The translations under genes were made by a program, and so were the position numbers. Below the pieces are notes generated by a model. It saw only the letters and a list, made by a program, of their open reading frames with translations, was not told the DNA's origin and made no database searches. A DNA stretch of 40,019 nucleotides. Origin: Macrostomum lignano (taxonomy: Eukaryota). How positions within the stretch are numbered: position 1 is the first letter of the stretch; the number at the start of each line of letters is the position of its first letter. Below, in pieces: positions 8,780 through 28,094 of the stretch. The stretch lies in the NCBI GenBank assembly GCA_002269645.1, contig NIVC01004636.1, positions 1-40,019 on the forward strand, written 5' to 3'.

Positions 8780-11477
8780 GTCGGCGGCTTGGGGTTGAGG
8801 TGGGGCTCTCTGCGGTGATGATCCGCACTCTGATCGCTCGGGGAGCCTGAGCCCTGGGACGAAAAATCGCAGGCGGCTGCGGCGGCGGCTGCTGATCCGT
8901 TCCTATTCCCTCTACCTCTTCTCCCTCTACCTCCTGACTTACTGGTACTGGAATTACATGTTTCCATAGTTCGGGCACAACACCAGTTGCCGGGACAGAA
9001 CTAAAGGATGAAAATCTGAACCGGGGCGGAAAGAATGAATGCAATTGGCTACTAGCCGAAATTGGGTGTCTGCTTCAAAGCAAGACAATGGCAATGAATC
9101 GAATCGAATGGGGGAAGGGGGGGGAGATTGTGCAAAAAGCCTAACTGGGGTAGGGTTTTGACACAAGTAAGCAATGGGGGGTTGAGCGCCGCGAGTTGGG
9201 GAGCTCAAAGCAAAAACAATAAATTACAAGCAAAAATAAGCAAAGTGCATAAAACACGCAAATAAGCAAAAGATACGCGATCTATATACAAAAAGCGTAC
9301 AATACGAGCGCGGGGCTTGCGATAATGATCGCAAACACAGCACAAAAAATGAAAAAATACGCAAAAACCAACGAAGCGGAAACTTCACTTATTCCACTCA
9401 CACCGCAGTCACACTTGACTCAAATTTTTCACACCTAAAATCCTTCTGTCTCTGCCTTGAATCCGATCTCGGATTTTCTCGAATCGCTGCTTTTAAACTC
9501 ACTGGTTCTCAACTGGGCTAAGGCCACAGCTTTCCGCAGGCTACTACAGTCTCAGTCTCTCTTTCTCTCTGAGCGGCTCTTTTTGCTTCCGAATAATTTT
9601 GATGGGCTAGTAAATCATGGAGGGTCTCATCAGCTCTCATTAGTCTAAATTGCAGGCGCCAATATGTGGGCACCTCATGTGTATCAGAGCTCTCCTGCGT
9701 GGTATCGCCACTAGGAAACCGTCCGGGTGCTGCTACGGCTAGACAGATTCACAATCCCCATCAAGGCTGATCTTTTAGCGGAACTTGGACGTCTGACCCA
9801 GCGCGCCCAGTGGCCCCTCTGTGTAGCTTTCGTCAGCATTGACCGGTGAGGGCGGATTACACCTAATAAACGATACTCGCGAACAGACAGATAATACACA
9901 AGGAGTTAAGCAGGTCCGTAGTGTAGTGTTCACTCCGCAACAAAACCTTATGGCACGGTCCCTAAGAATTTTGATCATAGAAAAAGCTACGGGCAGCAGG
10001 AAAGTTTGTCAAATATTATGACCCTACGTTATCGGGTCGGGTATTTTTATAGCGGCGAACCACAGAAGACATCTGTGTCTTGAGTCGGTAGAGTCTGTCC
10101 AGACAAAGCTGCGCTCCCCTCCTCTTGCTATCATAAAAATGAATAGCCACGGCGTTTTCTGCTCTCTGCAGAATCGTTAACCAGAGCGGTAGCTGGAATT
10201 CGCACATACTACCATGGCACCGTGTGGGTAATTCTCTCCGCTTTCCTTACTGTATTTACATTAGATACCCCTCCGATTCTAAGAAAGAACCGAAAGGGCA
10301 AAAGCAAACTTCCAAACCCTAAATTCCGCAACCAGGAAATTTACTTGTGCACTGGCAAACTGTACTACTGAAAGTAATACCTACACACTTCCCAGACTCC
10401 TAGGCTAAGCAGATGGTAAATGTACGAACTTAAAGTAACTTCAGACCTCACAATTCTGTACCCAAACCCAAAGTAGCGTGGCTGTTCTCGCGTTCCGGTA
10501 GCCATCAACCCCAGACATATTTTTCAGGACATGGATGTCTGACCCAGCGCATCCAGAGGCCCAACGGCACAGCACTTGCCATTGTTAGCCGGAATACCGA
10601 GAATTGCAGTGGGAATTTGAGCTCTCCGTTGCCACTTAAAGCGATTTATACCACCAAAGCCCGAAAAGCGGACAACAATTCGTGAGAAGCACTCAGATAG
10701 AACACCCCGATTTAAATCGAAATGATACTATAATCACACAGTACGCTAATCCGACTGTCCCGTACTAATCTGCTCCAGAGTATAACCTTTGAACCCAAAA
10801 CCCGTGAGGCCCTGCGTATGAAACCAAGGCTTCGCACATCCAAAAAGCTGCCTGATTCTAAATTTTGCAAACAAGACAAAAACTACGAGCGCTGTCAGCA
10901 TTCTATAATGAACGTTTTGGCCGAGGAAGCATCATCATTCGGATAATGGCCTCTTGTCTACACGACAAAAATTAATAGCTTAATTTCGAGTGATCAGTTC
11001 GAAACTTTTCTGTTTAGCAAAAGTACAAGAACTATCCTAAGTCTCTATTTTCCGCATAATTAGCTGGCTGAAATCAAAACTGGGGGAACTAAGCAGAGAG
11101 CCTAGATAACTGATCAAGCTGAGAGAGTTGTCTGTGCGGGGTTGATTTTTTTTATATGCTCTGGCTTTTTGAATTTTTATAATTTTTTTTTTTGGTTGAT
11201 TTTTTGAATAGGCATGCATTTAATGATAAGCAATTCATACTAGTAATTTTTTTGGTTCCAGTAGCATAAATTTTTTGTGCATTTTTGGACTCTCATAATT
11301 CAGACTTGAAAAGCTATCGCAGCTGACTACTTACAGTAATCTAATAAGAAACCTAAATTCCCAATTTTGAAATCTAAACGGCGCAACTCGATTTTATTAT
11401 TCTGTCACAATTTGCCATTTACCAGCCATCACTACCGGTGAGCACTTTACCACTTCCTACCGGCTAGTGTTTACCAT

Positions 11478-11495
11478 ATCCCACCGCTGCCACCA
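11478..11495 (-). other. Primer-binding site complementary to tRNA-Leu (AAG/UAG-type)
   Basis: Minus strand TGGTGGCAGCGGTGGGAT, 2 nt from the LTR. The plus strand ATCCCACCGCTGCCACCA matches the remembered 3' end (with CCA) of metazoan tRNA-Leu. Confidence 0.9.
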
Positions 11496-11497
11496 TT

Positions 11498-13483
11498 TGA
11501 TGGGTTTCGACCTTCGGACTCCTTGTTAGGGAAGCCTTCGGGCCTCAGGCTCAGAAATAAATCAATTAGAGACCTGGCCCCCCACTCCTGTCAGATGGTC
11601 AGCCCCATGGTAGCTTGATCGTGTGGCGAGCAGTCTAGGTCCTATAGCTAAGAGAGGGACAGCGAGAGACGAGCAGGGAGAATTTTGAAAGTAGAAATTA
11701 GCTAATCCGCAGATCAACTAACTTGCTGCCACCAGCCCGTACGCCCTGGCTCACCACACCGGGACTCTCGAAATCGGGCTTCCGACTAGAAGGGGCTTTG
11801 CACTTACCTGCCAACTAGTGTCTTTTTGCTGTCAATCTCGAAGTCATAGCCGATGTTAAGGGACACTGCTGGGACTAGATCGCGTTGGCCATGCAGGTAC
11901 AGAGGGGACTTGTGCAGGGGATTCTTGCGGTGGCGAGTCTATGGGGTAGCTACCTGTACTATTACATTGCTAAATACGAAGATATGTACTTTTGGCCTTC
12001 AACGCGCCAACTAGCCTCTCATAGCGCTGATGATAGACTGACTCGAACTTCAGAGACCGCATGATTCATTTACCCGAGCCGCTTGGCTACCCTAGAGTGC
12101 ACAAAGTACATCTCTGGCGCCGATCCTGCACTTCTGGCAGTTTTGCTCACTGATTTGATAGATTGGTCGACTGAGAACTGCCTTGCCATTGGTCCACTGT
12201 GACCGGCGCCTACTAGCTAGCTACTCATCTGAGCCATCGGCGAACAAAGAAATAAAACCGACAAAAATAACTGTTAGATTTAACCTTCTCCTTAGTTCAC
12301 TTCACACCTCGGATTGAATTGGAGTCTTAGACTACTAGCAGTATTATTGAATGATTCCTGCCTCAGCAACAGCACTACTGAACAAAATGAGCAAAAGTGT
12401 GCGCCTAATTCAGCTACTGCAACAGGGGACAGATAAGGGATCACCCAATCAAGCAAGTCTAGGTAGCCTCTCACCCAACCAATCAGAAACTCAACAGCCG
12501 GAGACCAGGTAATCCACAGTGACCGAATCGGCTCGATGCTCTGCAGCTGTAGACTCGGAATGATGCTGTCACACTCTTCGCTGTTAGCTAGCAGGTGATG
12601 CTCTTAACTTGATGTTCGCTGCTGTCGACCGGGGGACTCGTCCTTGATGATGATGGGGGAAGTCGCAATCCGGGGATCAAGAAACGACGGTCGTGCTCTG
12701 GGAACCAGAAGTTGCGCGCTGGGCCCGAGCCAAAGTTGAGTCCGAGCGGGCCAAAAACTCCGGTTTAAATAGCCGCCAACTGGACCGCAGTTTGTTATAA
12801 TGGAACACGTCGATTCTGATTGGCTGAGCCGTTTTGTTAAAATGAGCGCCGAATTTTCTGATTGGCTAAGCTTGTTGCTACCCAGAATCACGTGACCGAG
12901 AGATCCTATCAGTTCCCACAGGGTCGTAAAAAGATGACAGGTGCGGCCATAAATCACTCAAAATCGCAACAAAATGATTTATGACTTTTCGCGTAGGATT
13001 GACAGAAATTAATGAAAAAATATACATTAGAAAGCTCTTATTAAATAGAAAGTGAAGATAATGAAGAGAAATCGCTAATCGCTAATCCCAAGGTACTTTT
13101 AGGGGTAAAACGCATAGCTGTCAAAGCTGTCACACGCTTGAGTGAACACGAACAATAGGCTCTGACCTCGTAAATCTTGATGGCCTGTCAAGATAATGAG
13201 AAAAAAGCTACCGCCCGCATCCTCTCAGACCATCTGGCGCCCGCTTCAACACTGAGTGAGGCGCAGGTGGCTGTCAGACCAACTTTGAAAGCGATGATTT
13301 ATGACCCAAAAAGCTGCGCCTATGTTATTATGACTACTAGTATGACCAGACATTATATCTAGTATAGTTTCTATGAAAATTCGCAGAAAAAGGATAAAAA
13401 TGCCCATTGCCCACTGTTAGTAGGCAAGTAAGTTTAGAGCCCATGTGCTAGCGCGGGATTTGGGAAAAAGTGCGTCCTCATCA
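11498..13483 (-). repeat. 5' LTR (1986 bp)
   Basis: Second copy of the LTR; on the minus strand it is followed by AA and then the PBS. Confidence 0.97.
12816..12895 (-). promoter_or_regulatory. LTR U3 promoter motifs: two AGCCAATCAG CCAAT boxes and a TCACGTGA E-box
   Basis: ctgattggct at 12816 and 12858, tcacgtga at 12888; the same cluster is at 1867-1946 in the other LTR. The position fits U3 of a minus-strand element. Confidence 0.55.
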
Positions 13484-13487
13484 GAAA
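13484..13487. other. Target-site duplication, right copy (GAAA)
   Basis: Directly after the terminal TCA; matches 545-548. Confidence 0.85.
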
Positions 13488-14240
13488 TATGGGTTCACCA
13501 AAAGTATATGCAATATAATATATATTGTTGTATTGTGCCTAAGGGTACACTAAAATTATAACATCTCTACACGATGTACATATCATACTGTGCCTTACAT
13601 GTATTGTATATACATGTAGATACATTTTAATATTGATACATGTATGTCTTTTAGACAAGTTGCATGTGCATCGATGCACGTTTGTATATATGTCTAATTG
13701 ATTTGTGTAAGCAGTTTTTAAACTTTGAGAAAGCATCCAGAGCAGTATAGTACTGTATTTGTTTATACGTATAGCATTCGTACACTGCACATGCAACAGT
13801 GTTGGCCATAGGGACTTTAATAATCAATATACATGCAATGTACCATGGCCAGCTTCTTCAATTCAGCTTCAGAATTCTGAATGCGCGGAAATAACATGCA
13901 TACTCTCGTGCATTTAATAAATGTAATGAATATTCGCGAGATCGGGAGTTCATGAATCACGCATCAGGTTGCATTACTTTCGCAGATGTGAAAGCATAAA
14001 ACGTACAGTAGGAGAAAACCTAATGTTAGGCCATAAATTCCACTTATAGTAGTATAAGGACATATATGCACTTCAAAACTGGTCTTGAATTTAAACAAAT
14101 ATGAGCTACATATGCATTGAAGGTCTACATTTTTTTCAAAATGTACATGCGTATTATAGTCGCCCGCCTGCACTACTTCCCGTAAATGCCCAGTGACTAA
14201 AGCTCAAAACAGCATCCCAGAAAAGGAAAACTGATATTTT

Positions 14241-21147
<6,907 letters not shown>

Positions 21148-21649
21148 AACTTCAGCAGATTAACAACTAGAAGGAAAAAGAGCTGGCCGTTTTAACCAGG
21201 CGAAAAATGTGAGTGGCTATTTTTTGCGCACTTGCACCCTTCTTAACATTGATAAGGAAGGCTGGGCATTAAGAAATAGCTTTCACCATGGCTATATGAA
21301 TATCTGCCGGCCAATTCCAGCTAGAAATTTCTATTTTATCTGCCTGTGCCTGTACCTCCCCTTATTCGTGGCGTACACCGTGCTGGGTACAGTGAAAGGG
21401 TTGCATTGACTGTATCACCGCTTTCCGCTCTTCTGCTGGGCTAGCTCTGGAGCATATAGGCTAGTACCAGCTTCCCTATGCTAGCTCGGGTTTCTATCGG
21501 GGTGGGAAGTGGTTGGACTGGATTGGTGCATGGCCTTCGAGAGCGACTGCCGAACACCGATTGGGCTGTTTGGGAGGCTGTAGAGGGACAGGGAGAAAGG
21601 GAGAGTGAAAGGGAATGCTGTAGAGGGACAGCGGAAGAGATGGAGGGAC

Positions 21650-22690
21650 GAGAGGAGAAAAGGAATAGGAGAAATCGGAGGAGAGAGAAGAGAGGGACAA
21701 GGAGAGGGAGAGAGGAGAGGGAGAGAGGAGAGGGAGAGAGGAGAGGGAGAGGAGAGGGAGAGAGGAGAGGGAGAGGATGAGGGGGAGAGGAGAGGGAGAG
21801 AGGAGAGGGAGAGGATGAGGGGGAGAGGAGAGGGAGAGAGGAGAGGGAGAGGATGAGGGGGAGAGGAGAGGGAGAGGATGAGGGGGAGAGACAGGAGAGG
21901 GAGAGGATGAGGGGGAGAGGAGAGGGAGAGAGGAGAGGAGAGGAGAGGAGAGAGGAGAGGAGAGGAGAGGAGAGGAGAGGAGAGGAGAGGAGAGGAGAGG
22001 AGAGGAGAGGATAGGAGAGGAGAGGGAGAGGATGAGGGGGAGAGGAGAGGGAGAGGATGAGGGGGAGAGACAGGAGAGAGGAGAGGAGAGGGAGAGGATG
22101 AGGGGGAGAGGAGAGGGAGAGGATGAGGGGAGAGACAGGAGAGAGGAGAGGAGAGGGAGAGGATGAGGGGGAGAGGAGAGGGAGAGGATGAGGGGGAGAG
22201 GAGAGGGAGAGGATGAGGGGGAGAGACAGGAGAGAGGAGAGGAGAGGGAGAGGATGAGGGGGAGAGGAGAGGGAGAGGATGAGGGGGAGAGACAGGAGAG
22301 AGGAGAGGAGAGGGAGAGGATGAGGGGGAGAGGAGAGGGAGAGGATGAGGGGGAGAGGAGAGGGAGAGGATGAGGGGGAGAGACAGGAGAGAGGAGAGGA
22401 GAGGGAGAGGATGAGGGGGAGAGGAGAGGGAGAGAGGAGAGGGAGAGAGGAGAGGGAGAGGATGAGGGGGAGAGGAGAGGGAGAGGATGAGGGGGAGAGA
22501 CAGGAGAGGGAGAGGATGAGGGGAGAGGAGAGGGAGAGGATGAGGGGAGAGACAGGAGGGGGAGAGGAGAGGGAGAGAGGAGAGGGAGAGGATGAGGGGG
22601 AGAGACAGGAGAGGGAGAGGATGAGAGGGAGAGGAGAGAGGAGAAAGAGGAGGAAGAGGGACAGACAGTGGTAGAGGAGCAGGGAGGAGA
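21650..22690. repeat. ~1-kb GA-rich polypurine tract, including a (GGAGA)n block
   Basis: Almost purely G/A on the plus strand. Confidence 0.95.
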
Positions 22691-23356
22691 GGGAGAGCAC
22701 ACAGAGAGACACATCCTGTGGGAAGGTGTGCTGAAGAAGCTGAAGGAACAGCACAGTTGACTAACTAAGTCACTTTTCAACTTCCGCCCCTCCCCGAGAG
22801 AATGTCAACCTAAATTCAGATTACACCAAAATCAATAAAAATACCGCAGAGCGCTATAGAAATTCTAAGTTTGCACTTAATTCAGCGTTGGTCTTGGCAG
22901 TCAGCGGTCGCACTTTGTTGTGAATTTGTATAGTCTACGGCATCGATTAGCCGCTGGAGAAGTTCGATAAAGATAAGACAGCAAAGGGCGCAAGTAGGAT
23001 CTAAATTATATATTTATATTATTATACATGTCGCTTAATTATCAGACTTAGTGTGAGATGTGATCTTAAAGTACTTCACATATTTGGTAGGCAATACGCA
23101 ATTTTTAGCGGTTAGTTGCACTTATTTGAACCTTTTAACATACCTCCTGTCAGCGCATTTTTTATGTATCCACCAACTTTCGCGTTGATGACCAAGCTAA
23201 CTTATCCAAGTATGGTCCTTGTAAGTGCACCTTCTTCCCAAACCTTTATAAGCTGTTTACGTCATTATGGGATTCCTATGTGCAAATTTCATATAGAACT
23301 TCCGTGAGGAGTTCTGTTAAAATAAAGGAGACTGAGACAGGGAGAGATATTGGAAT

Positions 23357-23690
23357 GAGAGGGAGACTAGGGTGAGATGGCGTAGTGGGGTGAGAGGGAG
23401 ACTGGGGTGAGATGGCGAGTGGGGTGAGAGGGAGACTGGGTGAGATGGCGTAGTGGGGTGAGAGGGAGACTAGGGTGAGATGGCGTAGTGGGGTGAGAGG
23501 GAGACTAGGGTGAGATGGCGTAGTGGGGTGAGAGGGAGACTGGGGTGAGATGGCGAGTGGGGTGAGAGGGAGACTGGGTGAGATGGCGTAGTGGGGTGAG
23601 AGGGAGACTGGGGAGAGATGGCGAGTGGGGTGAGAGGGAGACTGGGGAGAGAGGGAGACTGTGGTGAGAGGGTAACTGGGGAGGGCGGAG
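23357..23690. repeat. ~35-bp minisatellite GGGGTGAGATGGCGTAGTGGGGTGAGAGGGAGACT
   Basis: About 8 units seen. Confidence 0.92.
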
Positions 23691-24233
23691 ACTGAGAGAT
23701 ATAAAGTGACTCTAATTTAAATAAACATAGAGAAAAGTGACAAGTAGGGTGAACGACAATGAACTCGAGAGAGCACAGTTTAAAAGGATCTGGTGCATGT
23801 ATGGTAAATAATTGGTTGGCAGACTTGATTACAGCTTATTTTATTAGGACAAATAAAGTAAGAAGACGCAAAGATACCACATGGACACTCGAAGACAGAC
23901 ACAATATGGACGCTCCACACCAAGTAAAAACACAAAAACAAACACGGCATATTAACAAATTTGCGCCATTACATTAATCTCCACAAAAAAATGGGACCCA
24001 GAACCGCTTTAGTACTTTTATTAACTTGAAATCTAATTTTAATTTTTAATATTAAAACTTGCAAGCGGCTGTTTTTTATAAAATAAAAGTACAAGCACAG
24101 GCTTGGGTGTCTACAAGCCGGCATTAGGCTGGCTAGAGTGCCACCCCATAGACAACAGTTAGCAAGAAGAAGAGGGAACAGTCAACCGCGCACCCCTAGA
24201 CAAAGCTCGCTGGGCCTGTATCTTTTTCAGCAG

Positions 24234-24240
24234 TATATAA
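24234..24240 (+). promoter_or_regulatory. TATA box of the Cys-rich gene; non-coding exon to 24439, intron 24440-24867
   Basis: TATATAA, then a gtaagt donor at 24440 and a ttgacag acceptor 15 nt before ATG 24883. Confidence 0.55.
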
Positions 24241-24464
24241 GCGAGAGCGCAGGAGCGCCTGCAGAGCTAACCCAATATTTTGCTTACCAACCGAGTGCAT
24301 CATCAACATACAAACTCGAGTCCTAGAACAGCAGCAACTCAGCAACTGAGGTCGAGTACACTTTCAGGAGCAACCGAGTGGAGTCCACACTTAGAAAAAA
24401 CTGCATCCCGAGTCCATCTGTGCCCGGTAGACGGAGATAGTAAGTCCGCTTGTCTTTGTCTCTC

Positions 24465-24705
24465 CATTCTCCTCTCTTCCCCTCTACTCTCTCTTGTCTC
24501 CCTCTTTCCCCTCCCTCTCCTCTCCTCCCGCTCACTCTTCACTCTTCTTTAACCCTCCCCTTCTCTTCTCCCTCTCCCCTCCTCACTTCTTACTCTCCCT
24601 CTCCTCTCTCTCTCCCTTTTTTCGCTCTTCTCTCAATTCCTCTCCTCTCCGTCTCCCCTCTCTCGCCTTCCAATCCACTCTCCATAGCCCTTCGCCTTCT
24701 CCACT
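24465..24705. repeat. CT-rich low-complexity tract in the 5'-UTR intron of the Cys-rich gene
   Basis: Direct reading. Confidence 0.85.
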
Positions 24706-24882
24706 CTCTCCACGTTTGTCGCTCAAATATGTAAAAAATATTTCAAATTGTATAGCGCATATTTCTCACTATTTCTACTTTATATACCCATCCTATATTA
24801 CATCATAATATTGTCTCGTGGTTCCTTCTCACCTCTGCCTCTGTGTAATTTTTTTTCAAATTGACAGCATTGCGTCGACGCT

Positions 24883-25755
24883 ATGGACAACGCTTTTGTA
24901 CTGCAACTGTGCCTGGCCATTGCGCTGTTTCAACTGCCTGTGTGCAGTGCAGTAACTAAGTGCATTGTTGGTGCTTTCTCAGGGACAAATTATTCTACTG
25001 CCGCGTTTGACGCATTAAAGAGTGCAAAATCTAAAACGTGTCCCACAACGAGTAACGATAAATGCCATACAGTCTACACTTCCGCCAGCGGTCAGTTGGT
25101 AAGTGCAGACTAATAAACCAATATTGTATTAAATAGTCCGCTTGGCCATACATTTAACCTAATTTTTTCAGAAAGCATTAGAATTCAAATGTGGCGCAAC
25201 TGCCTGTGGTAATCCAACAAAAACAGACTGCGATAGTTGCGACGTTGATGATTGCAACACTGTAAATGATGTATTTAATAAATTCTCATCATGCCCGTAT
25301 TACGACGGCATAAATCAAACGACGATAACCACGGTTGAAATCTACTGTGTGAAAACACCTCAGAGCTGTAAACGACTAGATTATAAAGATGGAGTGAGTA
25401 ATAGGCTGGTATTCTTTTTTCAATTAAAAACTATTTTACCGTTTGAAAAATACGCTGAATTTTTATCTTTCAGACTGACGCCAAAGTCTATATTGGCTGC
25501 GAATCCGACTGTACGGCTAAGGAAACTGCTGCCACTCCGGCTAATGTGGTTAAAGGATGCACGTCTTGCAAAGGATATGATTGCGCGCCCACCACCGCGC
25601 CTGCTGTTACGACACCAAATAAAAGTAAAAAAAAAACAGACGATGTCAAAGACTCAAAAGACGATGAAAAGAAGTCGCAGGACCAGCTGCAGCCGGGACA
25701 GCCGATCTTCCTAGCTCTACTAGTGGCTTTTTCACTGTGCTTGGCTCTACTCTAA
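24883..25755 (+). CDS. Secreted/GPI-anchored protein with two 8-Cys domains, Ly6/uPAR- or ET-module-like (239 aa). Exons 24883-25098, 25172-25393, 25474-25755
   Basis: Signal peptide; domains ending CDSCDVDDCN and CTSCKGYDCA; T/K/D-rich stalk; hydrophobic C-terminus without a cytoplasmic tail. All introns are phase 0 GT-AG; AATAAA at 25943. Confidence 0.85.
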
Positions 25756-26357
25756 TGGCTGCTCGTCTAAAAAGTTTGAGTTTAAATCCGCGCATAAAAA
25801 TAGCGCGAGATAACAAAAAATTTATGTTTTAACTAAAGTGACTATGCTTTCTCGACCCCTGTTAAAATATTTTTCAGAAAACCTACAATGCGTATAACTA
25901 CATTCATTCACCGGCTCTTGTTCTGAAAGTGTGCCGATTACAAATAAACATGAAAGGATTTAATTCCTCAAAATACTGTACACTCAAAAATAAAAGAATT
26001 TAAGTCTATCTAATTTTTTCTAAAATGATAAATAGCTTAAGCTTAAGGGACTCGTTCCCTTCACAAATTCAAAAATAAATGGATCGCGTTTACCATAGAC
26101 AATTTTCAAACGATCAATAGAAGCTATAAGCTAGCCGATTCATCCCCTGATGTGTAAAGGCCTGCATAATGGAAATTAAATCCGGCAATTAGTTAAGAGA
26201 TCTGACTAAGAGTTAAGAGAATCGCTTTAATGTCGTACTTCTCTTCTAACCACAAACAGTCGATGACGAATTAGTCAAAGAATATGCATAAAATAAAGCG
26301 ATAAAACGAGGGTTTTAGGAGGGCTAGCATGTAGCTCACTGAAATAAATTCAAGAAT

Positions 26358-27210
26358 TCCCCTCCATCCACCCTCTTCCCTCTATCCATACTCTCTCCCC
26401 TCTATCCACCCTCTCCCCTCTATCCACGGCCTCTCCCCTCTATCCACGGCCTCTCCCCTTTATCCAACCTCTTCCCTTTATCCACCCTCTCTCCTATCCA
26501 CGGCCTCTCCCCTCTATCCACCCTCTCCCCTCTATCCACCCTCTCCCCTCTATCCACGGCCTCTCCCCTCTATCCACCCACTCCCCTCTATCCACCCTCT
26601 TCCCTCTATCCACCCTCTCTCCTATCCACGGCCTCTCCCCTCTATCCACCCTCTCCCCTCTATCCACCCTCTCCCCTCTATCCACCCACTCCCCTCTATC
26701 CACCCTCTCCCCTCTATCCACGGCCTCTCCCCTTTATCCACCCTCTTCCCTCTATCCACCCTCTCCTATCCACGGCCTCTCCCCTCTATCCACCCTCTCC
26801 CCTCTATCCACGGCCTCTCCCCTTTATCCACCCTCCCACGGTCTCACCTCTATCCACCCTCCCACGGTCTCACCTCTATCCACCCTCCCACGGTCTCACC
26901 TCTATCCACCCTACCACGGTCTCACCTCTATCCACCCTAACACGGTCTCACCTCTATCCACCCTACCACGGTCTCACCTCTATCCACCCTCCCACGGTCT
27001 CACCTCTATCCACCCTACCACGGTCTCACCTCTATCCACCCTCCCACGGTCTCACCTCTATCCACCCTCCCACGGTCTCACCTCTATCCACCCTACCACG
27101 GTCTCACCTCTATCCACCCTCCCACGGTCTCACCTCTATCCACCCTCCCACGGTCTCACCTCTATCCACCCTCCCACGGTCTCACCTCTATCCACCCTCC
27201 CACGGTCTCA
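26358..27210. repeat. Compound array: ~18-bp CCCTCTATCCACCCTCTC changing at ~26830 into 26-bp CACGGTCTCACCTCTATCCACCCTCC
   Basis: Shared CCTCTATCCAC core; direct reading. Confidence 0.95.
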
Positions 27211-27779
27211 GTGCACTTACTTTTTCTCTAGCAATAATCGAACCTAGGCCTCGCATCGATTTGCTCTACGCTCGTACTGTTAGTATAGCGTGCGTTGAGT
27301 ATTTTCCCGAATTTTCCATTCCCGAATGCACATGAATCTTTATTTATCTTAGAGTTTGAAAGCACCGATATTACATGTCCGTCTGGGAGTGGCTTTTTAA
27401 GGCATCAAGCATTTTAGGAAGAAAATAATGTCATCGTGGTGATTCATCATTCGGTTTATGATGGCATTATCTGCACATAGGTTTCTCTTCAACCTCTTGA
27501 CTGGCTGACGACATTTCATATAAATGAAAAAAACTGCAGCCCTAAAAGTCGACAATGTTAGCTTGTACATAAAATTTTACGAGTACATATAATTTCAAGG
27601 CAAACTCAACCAGTGTATTTATGCTCTGTGCATTATGCAAAAGATGAGCAGATATTGGACCTATGGGCCTGCCCCCCTATTTAGTTAACAACAAAATAGA
27701 CAGAACCGCGAAGACGGCTTTCAAGGCAATATAAGAGGAGAAACTTTGGATTCGATTCGGTGCATACAGACATACTGTA

Positions 27780-27835
27780 ACTGCATACAGACATACAGAC
27801 TGACCGACAGACAGACAGCCAGCCAGCCAGTCAGC

Positions 27836-27873
<38 letters not shown>

Positions 27874-27892
27874 CACAGACAGACAGACAGAG
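27780..27892. repeat. (ACAG)n microsatellite
   Basis: Direct reading. Confidence 0.9.
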
Positions 27893-28094
27893 CAGAAGCA
27901 GCTGGCCAGTCAGAGAAGCCGTAGTGCACACCTATGCATGTACATGTAAGACTATTTGAAATAATCGCTTCCTATTTCTCTAAGTTTGGTTTACACGCAG
28001 AAGATATCAGCTTGTACCCGTGGTAGCATGCATTGTACATCGGGCAGTACAATTCAACCAATTGAGAACACTACACGCGAGCAGCACGGTGCGG

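Larger units (their letters stand above)
549..13483 (-). mobile_element. Full-length non-autonomous LTR retrotransposon (probably Ty3/Gypsy-like) encoding Gag, protease and extra ORFs; no RT/RH/IN
   Basis: Direct repeats 549-2533 and 11498-13483 with TGATG...CATCA termini; 4-bp TSD GAAA; PBS inside the right LTR and PPT inside the left LTR set the minus orientation. The superfamily is inferred from TSD length, the gag/-1 pro layout and the DSG protease, because no RT is available. Confidence 0.95.

Noticed and set aside
11478-11495. tRNA gene
   Set aside because: Only the 18-nt 3' end including CCA is present, so it is a PBS and not a tRNA locus.
22703-22760. RHILWEGVLKKLKEQHS, PH-start-like peptide
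   Set aside because: Stops after ~18 codons and has no exon context.
21441-22780. 437/428-aa S/P/L-rich and E/R/G-rich ORFs
   Set aside because: Artefacts of the GA/CT tract.
26260-26300. Possible terminal exon VDDELVKEYA* followed by AATAAA
   Set aside because: No phase-compatible upstream donor found.
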